64,000 nucleotides of DNA from Octopus bimaculoides. Taxonomy: Eukaryota. The stretch is from the NCBI RefSeq assembly GCF_001194135.2, contig NC_068982.1, forward strand, positions 171,649,379 through 171,713,378. The letters are read 5' to 3'. This document shows positions 1 through 11,849 of this stretch, one piece after another. Under the pieces are notes generated by a model. That model was not told the origin of the DNA and searched no databases. It was given only the letters and a program-made list of their open reading frames with translations. A program made the position numbers and the translations under genes. Position 1 is the first letter of the stretch. Every line of letters begins with the position of its first letter.

Positions 1-610
1 AGGCTTAAATTTCAAGCGGCGAAAGCGAAAGCAAGAGAGAAACCCTAAAAATAAACGTGCAATTCAACAACTATAAAGAAAGAAACAAAACGAGATGGAG
101 TGTGCTTAAGTAAAGAAGAAAAATTTATTCTGAGAATGAAGTTTCCTTGCTGAACGCTTCTACTCGTGAAATGTTAGATTCTTACTGAATTAAGAACAAA
201 TTGGTAGAAAATTGATTCAGGAATGCATGTGAGAGTAAGTATATGTGTATAGGTTTTTTGTGCGTCTTAAACTTTACAAAAATATATACAAGAATTTTAC
301 TCACACATATAGAAACAAATGCTTAACGATATGTGAGCAATCACATGTGTAACTGCATGAATGTACGGGTGGGGTTTTACTACAGAACTATACACCTGGC
401 TGTAGCAAAATTCTTCAACACACGTTGAAACGTACGGATGAATCTGTCCTGATATGAGACTGTGTACATCCACGAATATAGATATATGTGAACTATTCTA
501 CATAAACATACGCATAATGTTTGTGTAGCATATATCTGTGTACGCGCACACACACACACACACACACACTCATGCTTACACACGCATACTGAGACACATA
601 TTCATATACT

Positions 611-821
611 GGTCTCAAATTTTGACACAAGATCAGCAAGTTCGCGGGGGGAGGTAAGTGAATTCTATCGACTCCAGTGCCCAAACGGTACTTATCTTAT
701 CGACCCCGAAAGGATGAAAGGCAAAATCGACCTCGGCGGAATTTGAACTCAGTGCGTAAGAACGATCGAAGTGCTGGTAAGCATTTTTCCCGGCGTGCTA
801 ACGATTCTGCCAGATCGCCGC
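611..821 (-). mobile_element. tRNA-derived SINE, family A (my label)
   Basis: Minus strand begins GCGGCGATCTGGCAGAATCGTTAGCACGCCGGG (A-box-like), then GAGTTCAAATTCCGCCGAGGTCGA (B-box-like) and CCTTTCATCCTTTCGGGGTCGATAA. The same sequence recurs about 9 times in the window. Confidence 0.85.
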
Positions 822-850
822 TACCTTTATATATATATATATCCATATAG

Positions 851-1135
851 GAACACACGTCGGTTACGACGACGAGGACCCCAACTGATACGATCAACGG
901 AACCGCTTGCTCATGAAATTAACGCACAAGTGGCCAAGCACTCCACAGACACGTGTACCCATAACGTAGTTCCCAAGGAGATTCAGCCTGACACAGAGTG
1001 TGACAAGACTGGCCCTTTGAAATACATATACGCATAATTTTTGCCAGCTGAGTGGACTGGAGCAACGTGAAATAAAGTGTCTTGCTCAAGGACACAACGC
1101 GTCGCCGCAAATTGAACTCACGATCTCGCGATCAC
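851..1135 (-). mobile_element. SINE, family D (CORE-like central domain)
   Basis: Near-identical to 6833-7130. Shares CAGCTGAGTGGACTGGAGCAACGTGAAATAAAGTGTCTTGCTCAAGGACACAAC with family C. Confidence 0.8.
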
Positions 1136-2185
1136 ATATTCGCCTTCACACATATTCATATATATTATGATCTAATATGTATACATCTAATCATAAGCGG
1201 GGGTACATAGTGGTCATGCTTTCAATGCATTTCGTTCCTTGCCTGTATTTTATTGCTTGTATGTATATTTGTAGATCCTTGTGTGTGTTTCTATGTACAG
1301 ATGTGTTTCTTGATGGTGGGTTACATTAATATAGTGTGCGTTATTACCGTCGTTGTTGATAATGTACTTCTAAATGTTGTTTGTTCTTGTTATTTTTGTT
1401 AATGTTTCTATTGTATTTTTATTTTGCGTGTTTGATGTTTGGAAAAAAATAATAACTGGGTTATCTGTTTGAGATTTCGTTAATGTGTCTGGTGTCAATG
1501 CATTACATTAGTGAATTCCAACATAATAATTGTCAATACCACATTACTATCACGGTACCAATTCTATTTCCATCACCAACACCATCATCTCTACCACTAC
1601 CGTTACCATCCCTTATTACATCATTACTGACGCTCATTTGCAAGTCTAACACTTTCATCAGCACCCTGTATGCTAAGTAATAAAGGGTTTGTGACATTGG
1701 TACAGAACTACAACAGTATAATTGACTCAGTCAGCCTCGGTATGTCATTAGTACTTATTTTCAACGAATTTGCGAAAGGAAAGAACATTTTCTGAATAGG
1801 GTAGAGGGTCGAGGGTGGAAGCATAAGAACGTCGGACAAAATGCATTGTATTTGATTACATGTATTTACGTTCTCTGTTCAGTTTGACTCACCCTCCAGA
1901 TTCGCTTCACATTTTGTTCTTCTGGGTTGACAAAATGGAGTACCAGTCGATTAGAACAATTTGCTAGATTGATGTAAGCGACACCGAGTGTTCTCTCTCC
2001 CACGATGTAATCGCAAATATAGTATGTTTACCTTCTTCACCAATATGAAAAGACCTTGTTAGTTCGACGAATTGTCTACTTTATATTTGCATGTCCCATC
2101 CACATTTCTTGAAACATATTGGAAATTAGAACTATTCATTCTACTTCAAACTTCAAATCTTTTTACACACACACACACACACACA

Positions 2186-2245
<60 letters not shown>

Positions 2246-2748
2246 CTTTAATCACTTCCAAAAATATAATCACCGATTCTGTTTTGAGGGTATTTTTTAT
2301 GAGGTCACGCGATTTGCTGGAAAAATCAGCTAAATCTCTCCAAATCACAACCTTGCCTATTCAAGTACAAAGAATGTGATCATAGGTGCACTGTGTCTTG
2401 TAAATAGACGAAAAGGTTATGGCTAAAAGACCTGTAGGAGACAAGCTTAGCCGATAAAAAACAACGCGCTCACTAGAAACAAGAGCACATACACAGCAAC
2501 TGCGATAATTGATGTTATATTAGGAACTGAAATTATCTTCAATAAAAATATGATTACCACCGCTGTCATCATCAGTACAATTATTACCAGCATATATCAT
2601 CCCTAGTACTATCACTATTACAACATATCATTACAAAAATCATCACCTCTGTGTGACTATAAACAATCAATATGAAAATACTGATATCATTAATATCATC
2701 AGTATACAGCCTTTTACACTCACACACACACACACACACACATGGGAA

Positions 2749-3026
2749 GGAGACCCCCTTCGGTCATGAATGACTAAGGGATTGCCCCTAGAAAGTTATC
2801 CTCCCAGGCATAAGTCCGGGCAAGGTTGTTTGTGGAAGACCAGAAGTCGCCCATGCATACCGGCCTCCCCTCTCCACATCACTGATGTTATCCAAGGAGA
2901 AGGCAAAGGCTGATGCAGCTTGGCACCAGTGACATTGCAACTCATTTCCACAGCTGAGTTCACTGGAGCAACATGAAATAGAGTGTCTTGCTCAAGAACA
3001 CAACACGCAGCCCGGTCCTGGAATCG
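2749..3026 (-). mobile_element. SINE, family C (head lost in N-gap)
   Basis: GAGACCCCCTTCGGTCATG...CCTAGAAAGTTA...CCGGCCTCCCCTCTCCAC... aligns by eye with 22317-22649 and 39784-40113. Confidence 0.85.
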
Positions 3027-3768
3027 NNNNNNNNNNNNNNNNNNNNNNNNNNNNNNNNNNNNNNNNNNNNNNNNNNNNNNNNNNNNNNNNNNNNNNNNNN
3101 NNNNNNNNNNNNNNNNNNNNNNNNNNNNNNNNNNNNNNNNNNNNNNNNNNNNNNNNNNNNNNNNNNNNNNNNNNNNNNNNNNNNNNNNNNNNNNNNNNNN
3201 NNNNNNNNNNNNNNNNNNNNNNNNNNNNNNNNNNNNNNNNNNNNNNNNNNNNNNNNNNNNNNNNNNNNNNNNNNNNNNNNNNNNNNNNNNNNNNNNNNNN
3301 NNNNNNNNNNNNNNNNNNNNNNNNNNNNNNNNNNNNNNNNNNNNNNNNNNNNNNNNNNNNNNNNNNNNNNNNNNNNNNNNNNNNNNNNNNNNNNNNNNNN
3401 NNNNNNNNNNNNNNNNNNNNNNNNNNNNNNNNNNNNNNNNNNNNNNNNNNNNNNNNNNNNNNNNNNNNNNNNNNNNNNNNNNNNNNNNNNNNNNNNNNNN
3501 NNNNNNNNNNNNNNNNNNNNNNNNNNNNNNNNNNNNNNNNNNNNNNNNNNNNNNNNNNNNNNNNNNNNNNNNNNNNNNNNNNNNNNNNNNNNNNNNNNNN
3601 NNNNNNNNNNNNNNNNNNNNNNNNNNNNNNNNNNNNNNNNNNNNNNNNNNNNNNNNNNNNATATATATATATATATATATATATAAGCGTTCACACTTAC
3701 ACATATATAAATATGCATATACATACATATATATTTGTAAGGGAGGGGAAGGGGTGTGTGTATAGACG

Positions 3769-4100
3769 AAGGCGTAGTTGTGTGGTAAGAAGTTGGCGAG
3801 CTGGCAGAATCGTTAGCACTCTGGGCGAAATGATTAGTGGTATTTCGTCTGCCGTTACGTTCAGAGTTCAAATTCCGCCGAGGTCGACTTTACCTTTCAT
3901 CCTTTCGGGGTCGATAAATTAAGTACCAGTTACACACTGGGGTCGATGTAATCGACTTAATCCCTTTGTCTGTCCTTGTTTGTCCCCTTTATGTTTGGCC
4001 CCTTGTGGGCAATAAAGAAATAAGAATTTGGCTTACCAACCACACTGTTGCCGGTTCAATCCCACTGCGTAGACTTTTGGTCAAGTGTTTTCTACTAGAG
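3769..4100 (+). mobile_element. Family B SINE head interrupted by a nested full-length family A SINE (3792-4020)
   Basis: GGCGTAGTTGTGTGGTAAGAA | family A copy | TAAGAATTTGGCTTACCAACCACAC...GGTTCAATCCCACTGCGT. TAAGAA lies on both sides (3786-3791, 4021-4026). Confidence 0.8.
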
Positions 4101-4149
4101 ACCTGGACGATCAAAGTCCTGAAGCAATTTACAAAATTCATTCTCACAC

Positions 4150-4653
4150 ACATACATGTAAATGCTACACTGGGGCACTGTGTACCCATCATAACTACCC
4201 GTTTGATAAGGGTACACATGGCACATCAAACATGGTAATCTAATATCAAGATAAACAGCACATGACCTTGCAGGTGGATCACAGTTAGAATTTTCTTCAG
4301 GTCATGTAGCTTATCTCGCTCAAAAAGTCCCTGAAAAAGGCCTGTTTAAGGATGTTGAACGAAACACCCATATATCCAGAGGTGAATTATTCAAATCCCA
4401 AAGAATTCCTCTCAACAAATGGCTATGATTCTCCCCCACTACTTCCTGCTCGTGATCAGAGCTGCATATATCGTCACCCACTAAGTGACAAGCTCAACTG
4501 GTTAAATTCAAACAATTGACAAGCAAATTTCTAGTATTGAGCAGAATATTTACTGTAGCCCATCTTTTATGCCAAGACAAAATATGTACGTAACGCTTCC
4601 AATCCGTTAAGATCAGAAGCCATGAGAGCCAGTGCCTGGTACTGCATCAGGGA
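4150..4653 (-). mobile_element. Unclassified ~550-bp interspersed repeat, family E, adjoining (TAA)n
   Basis: Reverse complement of 10322-10882 (e.g. GGTACTGCATCAGGG, AGTTAGAATTTTCT, TTATTCAAATCCCAAA). No ORF recognised. Confidence 0.7.
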
Positions 4654-4656
4654 ATG

Positions 4657-4661
4657 TATTA

Positions 4662-4710
<49 letters not shown>

Positions 4711-4763
4711 CATTACTATTTATCATCATCATCATCATCATCATTATCATTATTATTATTATT
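4657..4763. repeat. (ATT)n/(ATC)n microsatellite flanking the 3' end of the R4/Dong-like element
   Basis: Direct reading of the sequence. Confidence 0.95.
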
Positions 4764-5514
4764 GTTCAGTAGTTTTATTGTTATAACATGCTTTCACTTC
4801 ACTACCGAGCGCAGCTCTGTGTGCCTTGGGTATGTGCTGTGGTTTGCTGTGGTGCTCTTATATTTACTGTATTGAAAATGTTTTGNNNNNNNNNNNNNNN
4901 NNNNNNNNNNNNNNNNNNNNNNNNNNNNNNNNNNNNNNNNNNNNNNNNNNNNNNNNNNNNNNNNNNNNNNNNNNNNNNNNNNNNNNNNNNNNNNNNNNNN
5001 NNNNNNNNNNNNNNNNNNNNNNNNNNNNNNNNNNNNNNNNNNNNNNNNNNNNNNNNNNNNNNNNNNNNNNNNNNNNNNNNNNNNNNNNNNNNNNNNNNNN
5101 NNNNNNNNNNNNNNNNNNNNNNNNNNNNNNNNNNNNNNNNNNNNNNNNNNNNNNNNNNNNNNNNNNNNNNNNNNNNNNNNNNNNNNNNNNNNNNNNNNNN
5201 NNNNNNNNNNNNNNNNNNNNNNNNNNNNNNNNNNNNNNNNNNNNNNNNNNNNNNNNNNNNNNNNNNNNNNNNNNNNNNNNNNNNNNNNNNNNNNNNNNNN
5301 NNNNTTTTTTTTCTTCGTGATCTTTGACAACTATATCTGGTCTATTTGCCTTAATTTCTCTATCTGTGTGTATTGGCATATCCCAGAGTATGGTTGCTTT
5401 CTCGTTTTCTGTGACCTTTTCTGGCGTGTGTTTATACCATCTTTTTTCTGTTGTTATTCCATAGTGTTGGCATAGCTTCCAGTGTATATAGGTCCCAGCT
5501 CTGTCGTGTCTGTG
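4764..5514 (-). mobile_element. 5'-truncated R4/Dong-type non-LTR retrotransposon (RLE domain plus 3' UTR; middle in N-gap)
   Basis: Minus strand 5514-5305 translates without stops as HRHDRAGTYIHWKLCQHYGITTEKRWYKHTPEKVTENEKATILWDMPIHTDREIKANRPDIVVKDHEEK. This has the RHD motif and the PD of the PD-(D/E)xK endonuclease. (TAA)n lies on both flanks. Confidence 0.85.
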
Positions 5515-5515
5515 A

Positions 5516-5598
<83 letters not shown>
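5515..5598. repeat. (ATT)n microsatellite flanking the 5' end of the R4/Dong-like element
   Basis: Direct reading of the sequence. Confidence 0.95.
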
Positions 5599-5601
<3 letters not shown>

Positions 5602-6094
5602 AGGTGTGTGTGCATGCTTGTATGAATAAATTTAGGATCTGTAGGATGAGAAATTGATAAGTGCAAAGTACCGAAGACATACAGTCTCGGCATTTATTAA
5701 AGGATCAGATCATGTGTGACTCTCATTCTGCAAACAGAATGTCATTCCATCACATCTGCGACGCAATTTCATACCGAAATTGGGTACATAAGTACTTTGT
5801 TATTCCTTCTTTCTTTTCTCTTAAACTAGATCTTAACCGAAGAACTTTTACTATACATATGTATATATGTGTAAATGCATTCATAAATACACACGAACAT
5901 GTTCATACGCACACATATATATACACACATACACAAACATAAACACATACACACAAATACACATAGACATACATATATATCAAGAGAGACAGAGAGAGAT
6001 TGATGAAGAGATAGAAATAATTGTAGTAATCTAAATAACGTGCTCAGTGTTAGTAGCCAGAAAAGGAATATTCCGTTTAATGATCCTTTCTATT

Positions 6095-6268
6095 AAAGGC
6101 ACAAGGCCTGCAATTTGAGGGAAGGGCACTAGTCGATTACATCGACCCCCAGTACTCCACCGGTACTCAATTTATCGATCCTGAAAGGAGGAAAGACAAA
6201 ATCGATCTCGGCAGAATTTGAACTCAGAACGTGAGGACGAACTAACGATTCTGCCAGCTTGCTGCCTT
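6095..6268 (-). mobile_element. Family A SINE with internal deletion
   Basis: ...GAATTTGAACTCAGAACG...CTAACGATTCTGCCAGCTTGCTGCC matches the family A head in reverse. Confidence 0.8.
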
Positions 6269-6832
6269 ATTCTGTTTAATAATGAAATACGAAACCGAAT
6301 GTGATGACGAGCATTTGTGCTAACATATAGAGATGTAATATTGGCATATATGCTGTGTGTGTGTGTGTGTGTGTGTGTGTGATAATCTCATTCGAAGGAA
6401 TATGAGGACGACTTATTGTGAATTACTCAGCATGTTTTAAAACACAGAGCAGATATACTGTAAAAAATACACCCTATACTTGAAGTTAGTGTTACCTCAG
6501 AAAGTTTCTTCAAAATCTGAACAAGACTATAGCCAAAGAAGCTTAAATTAATTCAGTTAATTCGTTAAGTATGCTATTGAATTGACATTCCGGTCTTTAT
6601 CATCAATATAAAACACTTAATGAGTCTTTAAGTTATATTAATACATACTCTGACCTCCCAAGATATATAAACTAAGACACTTTTGTTTTGAAAATATGAA
6701 GTCTGTCAATTAAGGTAGAAATTTACGATGATTATACTCCATACTGTAACAGTGCCTTATTTAACAGTGAAACAGCATATATTTTACCTGTAAATATACT
6801 TACAAATTATAGAAATAGGTAAAAATAAAGTA

Positions 6833-7130
6833 AGGGTTCCCTTTGATCCGATCAACGGAACAGCCTGCACGTGAAATTAGCGTGCAAGTGGCTGAGCACT
6901 CCACAGACACGTGTACCCTTAACGTAGGTCTCAAGGCGATTCAGCGTGACACAAAATGTGACACAGCTGGCCCTTTGAAATACATATACGCATCATTTTT
7001 GCCATCTGAGTGGACTGGAGCAACGTGAAATAAAGTTTTTTGCTCAAGGAAACAACACGTCACCGGTAATTGAACTCAAGACCTTACGATCATAAGCCGA
7101 AAACTCTAACCACTAAGCCACGTGCCTTCA
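6833..7130 (-). mobile_element. SINE, family D, with tRNA-like head
   Basis: Minus-strand head GAAGGCACGTGGCTTAGTGGTTAGAG...GAGTTCAATT. Body matches 851-1135. Confidence 0.85.
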
Positions 7131-8472
7131 CACAACACAAACATTCTTGTATAATTCCGGCCATAATTTTGAAGTATACATGTATAGCTAAGATATTTCC
7201 TTCTACTAAATACGCTTTTCCGTCTTGGCAGATATACCTTAAAAAAATATTTAATAGAAATACTATAAAACTCTTATTCTACTCCACCCAATAAATCAGT
7301 GAATATAACTAGATTTGACTAAAATAAGTCATAATAGTTTTATATATACTAAAACTAATAAATATTATCTTACCTCCATTTGCTTTGGACATGCCGATTT
7401 AACTGCTAATAGTATCAAGATCTGGTACCTGCAAAAGTCCCCATCATTATCTCGATGCGTAAAGCTTTGAGGCTCTAACCGACCTCTTTATTTGAAGTTG
7501 ATAATGTGGGTAATGGTAAGTTGTACACCGAAAATAAAGAATCATATTATGTGGTAATGAAACAATGTATCTTTTGTTTTTGTTTTTTCCAATGATTCAT
7601 TGCTTAACAAAAATTCAGAAGTGATGGTATAAAGTAAGTACGGAATTTAGAGGACATATTTAATCAACCAGTTCTGTTGAATATTTAAGTTATATTTGCC
7701 AATTCTGTATCAACCAGTTCAGCAGCCTGGTCATAACTAGTCTTGCCTTTTGTGGTAAGTATATTTAACTCAATCACAAGCTAATTATACACTTCAAGAA
7801 GTTGACTTTTTCCTACACACCTGAAATTATTAGAAAAGAACCATATCTAAGTATTCTTCTTATGATAATAAAAAAAGTTGACTATAGTTTTCTTTTTTTC
7901 TTTTTGCACATTCCACCATATGCTTATTTACTACATGATTAGCTTGTTAGCATTTTTTGCCTCTAACTAGTAATATAGTTAATATTATTTTAAATTACAA
8001 GTTTATAATACAAGGAAGGTAGGTTTAATTCATAATGCATTTTATAAGATGATGATTAATATTAGATTAGCTATTAAATATTTTTGGTTTATTTTAATCT
8101 ACAATAGAGACTGTATATTTATTATATAAAATACTTTATTTGTTGATTACATTTCATTAAACATATTAATTATATGCCGAGTTATTAACCGCATGATTAA
8201 AACTACTTTTGTTGAATTAATATTAATAATAAATAATTGAAAAGATAGATTTAATTTATGGACATAATAATAAGAATACTATTCATAGAATTTATTTTTT
8301 CAACTGAGCATTTATGAATTTGAAACATCTTAATTCCTATACAAAGCTGCGAGAGAATTAAATATGATTACATCGTACCTACCACAAGAACGTAAGAATA
8401 TCAAGAGTTGATCAGTTACGAGCAAAATTTACTGTTTTTTAAAGTGCTATTCTTTCAGGTACTAAAACTTAA

Positions 8473-9250
8473 TCTATATATATATATATGAAATCCTTTG
8501 TCTCTCTGCCTGTCTGTCTGTCTGTTCCCAGTGCGTTTTCAAACGGCTCAACCAAATCAGATAAAATTTTACATGGTAACACTATCATATCCCGTGAGTG
8601 CCAACATGCAATTTTTTTTGTTATTTGGATTAATACAATGCAACATTGGCACTGGTTCGGTATTATGTGTCAAAAGTCAAAGAATAAAAATGAAAGAATA
8701 ACATCTATATTGTAATGTGATATATTGTTTCACTTCTTTACTTTTACTTTTAATTCTAACAATGACGACGACCTCACATTTTGTATATGACTGTGTATCT
8801 GTCTTTGATTGTATGTGTGTGAGTGCATGAGTGTGTATATGTCTATATGTATGAGTGTGTATATGAGTGTGTGTGTCTTTCCGCGTTAGGTACGTTATTA
8901 AACATACGATATGTATGTGAGTGCTGGTCACTGTCAACACGAAATTTTATTTTCATTCCGATTCAAACAATATAACATTTCATAGAGATAATCTTTCTCT
9001 TATCAACAGGACATTTTATACCACGATGACAACGACATTACATATTTTATATGAATGTGTATCTCTCTGTGTCTTTCCACGTTAGGTGCGTTATTGAACA
9101 CACACACATCTACACATACATATGGATATGCAACGTCACTTTTATACTTTGTAACTGTCTGTGAATGAATGTGTGTGAGTGTATGTGTCTTACAGTGTGT
9201 GTGTCTTTCTGCATTAGAGAAAGCCAAAAAAATGTGAGAGAGGGAGAACG
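8473..9250 (+). mobile_element. Possible non-autonomous Helitron/Helentron-like element
   Basis: A|TCTATATATATA start, a (GTCT)n tract, GCGTTTTCAAACGGCTCAACCAAATCAGATAAAATTTTAC, and internal subrepeats GTGTCTTTCC(G/A)CGTTAGG. This layout resembles HINE/DINE-type elements. The 3' end was not resolved. Confidence 0.4.
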
Positions 9251-9842
9251 AAAGAACTAAGAATGGAATGAAAGAAGCATATCTGAAAGGGCTGATAGAA
9301 AGAAGGAAAGTATGAAAAAATAGAAAGAATAATAGGGTCGTACAAAATTTAGATATATATATACACTTACATATAAGAGACCAAAGTGTACGTACGCTGC
9401 TATATTTTTTCTATATAAAAAATACAAAAATAGGACAAGAACGCAAAACATTCAGACAGACGATACAAAGAAAGCAAGGACGGGTCATTCGGAGTTTTCT
9501 ATCCTCAGTCGAATTCCAGATTATCTTTGCAATTTCGGCTGGTTATACTNNNNNNNNNNNNNNNNNNNNNNNNNNNNNNNNNNNNNNNNNNNNNNNNNNN
9601 NNNNNNNNNNNNNNNNNNNNNNNNNNNNNNNNNNNNNNNNNNNNNNNNNNNNNNNNNNNNNNNNNNNNNNNNNNNNNNNNNNNNNNNNNNNNNNNNNNNN
9701 NNNNNNNNNNNNNNNNNNNNNNNNNNNNNNNNNNNNNNNNNNNNNNNNNNNNNNNNNNNNNNNNNNNNNNNNNNNNNNNNNNNNNNNNNNNNNNNTATAT
9801 ATATAGTTCAAAAAAACAATAACAAAAAAACAAAAAAACAAC

Positions 9843-9990
9843 AAAGTGAGGACGTGATATGGATAGTATTATTGGACGCTCAGGAAAGCAAAGAGAGAGT
9901 GTATGACGTTTCGGGCGTAGCCCTTCGTCGGAAAGATGGAAAGTTCGGAGAATGGAAGAACGGAGAAAGAGGAAAATGGTACCGATGCCC
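9843..9990 (-). mobile_element. Penelope-like terminal (pLTR-type) fragment with decayed hammerhead-like motif
   Basis: Minus strand CTTTC-CGACGA-A-GGGC-TAC-GCCC-GAAAC-GTC at 9904-9935. Stem II is perfect and the core has a U4>C change. Confidence 0.5.
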
Positions 9991-10004
9991 ACGAGGTTAT
10001 TTAC

Positions 10005-10135
10005 ATTCGATGGATATTTGTTCTCATCTTTTTTGTTGTTAACATAACGTTTCAGCTGATATACCCTCCAACCTTCATCAGGTGCCTTGTGGAAATTTCG
10101 AACCTGGGTTCTAATTCCTAAAGTATTTTTCGATG
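10005..10135 (-). mobile_element. Short interspersed element with hammerhead-like core, following an (AAT)n tract
   Basis: Minus strand GGCAC-CTGATGA-A-GGTTG-gagggtatat-CAGCT-GAAAC-GTT-ATGTT at 10041-10086. Confidence 0.45.
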
Positions 10136-10199
10136 TAGTTGTTGTTATTATTATTAATATTATTATTATTATTATTAGTAGCAGTAGTAGTAGTAGTAG

Positions 10200-10287
10200 T
10201 ATTCAGGCCACTGCATGGAATCGAACTCGGAATCTTGGAGTTAGTAGCCCGCGCTCTTAACCACTACGCCATATGTACGTGGGCATA
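10200..10287 (-). mobile_element. Short tRNA-derived SINE with (TAC/TAA)n tail
   Basis: Minus strand TGGCGTAGTGGTTAAGAGCG (A box)...GAGTTCGATTCC (B box), followed by a simple-repeat tail at 10140-10200. Confidence 0.75.
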
Positions 10288-10321
10288 TGGCATGTGTATA
10301 ATAATAATAATAATAACATTA

Positions 10322-10882
10322 ATAAATGCCCTGATGCAGTACCAAGCATTGTATTTCATGGCTTCTGATTTTAAAGGATTGGAAGTGTTATCATGTACAT
10401 TGTTTTGTCTTGGTATAAAAGAGGGGCTACAGCAGATATTCTGCTCAATACCACATATTTGCTTGTCAGTTGCTTGACCTTAACCATTCGAGCATGTCCC
10501 TTGCTGGTTGACAATATGTGCACCTCTGATCGCGAACAGAAGTCGTGTGGGGAGCACCATAGACATGTGTTGAGAAAAATTCTTTTGGGATTTGAATAAT
10601 TCACCTTTCAAAACGTGTGTTTCGTTCAACATCCTTAAGCACCCCTTATTCAGGGATCTATTAAGCAGGATGGGCTACTCAACCTGGAGAAAATTCTAAC
10701 TGGGCTCCACGTGCAAGGTCATTTGTTGTTTATCTTGATATGAAATAACCATGTCGTGCACATATGGTTGTGATGCATGTGCCTTGTGTACTCTTATCAG
10801 ACGGGTAGTCATGATGGGTATATTGGGCTTCGTATATTGTTACCCCAGCGTCATTTTGGTGGTATGCGCTGCTATCTCACGC
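10322..10882 (+). mobile_element. Family E repeat, second copy
   Basis: Reverse-complement match to 4150-4653. Preceded by (ATA)n. Confidence 0.7.
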
Positions 10883-11107
10883 AATATTTTTTTGTTTTTA
10901 TTGAATTTTTTCTCGTAATCTGATTTTTGTTATGAAGGATATTTTCACAAATACTATCAAATGATAGGTATTTATCTACATTCGGCGCCTGGAAAATGCT
11001 TCAAAGGCACTTGAAACATGTGACACAAGGGTAGAGCCTTTATACACACACTCAAACACACATATACACACACACAAATATATATTGGTGTGTACATATA
11101 TACATAC

Positions 11108-11146
<39 letters not shown>

Positions 11147-11427
11147 TATATGTGTGTTTCTATGTATGTACGTGTGCGTGTGTCTGTATGTGTTTGTGTA
11201 TGTACATGGTGCACACGCACATACTTAAATACCAAAACCTGTATGCGTGTGTGAGTGTGTGCGCCCAGACTATACACACATGTCTACGTATATTCATACT
11301 TGTAGACACACTTCATTATTGGGCATGGCCTGCCCTCTTTCAGATATTCTCAATCTTATTTTCTTCTCGTCGTTTCTTCAAAAAAAATCTCTCTGTGCAT
11401 GAATATGTGTATATAGACGTTTTCACA

Positions 11428-11466
<39 letters not shown>

Positions 11467-11816
11467 CTATATACACCAATGCATAAACCCATACGTACGT
11501 ATAGTATACAAATGCATACTACATATGTATACGCGAGTGTGCGCGCGTATGTATATCCATGAATGCGCATGATGGATGAGAAAACTAAAAGTGACATGGT
11601 GACATTTCATTTAGAATTATCACTTTTGAAAGTTGCTTATTTATTTTCCATTAAATACATGTGCGTGTCTGCCTGTGTATATGTGAATGTAAGTATTGCT
11701 TGTGCCTGTGCATATATGCCTGTTTCTGTGTATGTATGCATGTAATAGTATTTAAATGTTTGTGTATGTGTTAAATGATTGTGTATCTATATACATACAT
11801 ATATATATATATATAT

Positions 11817-11849
<33 letters not shown>

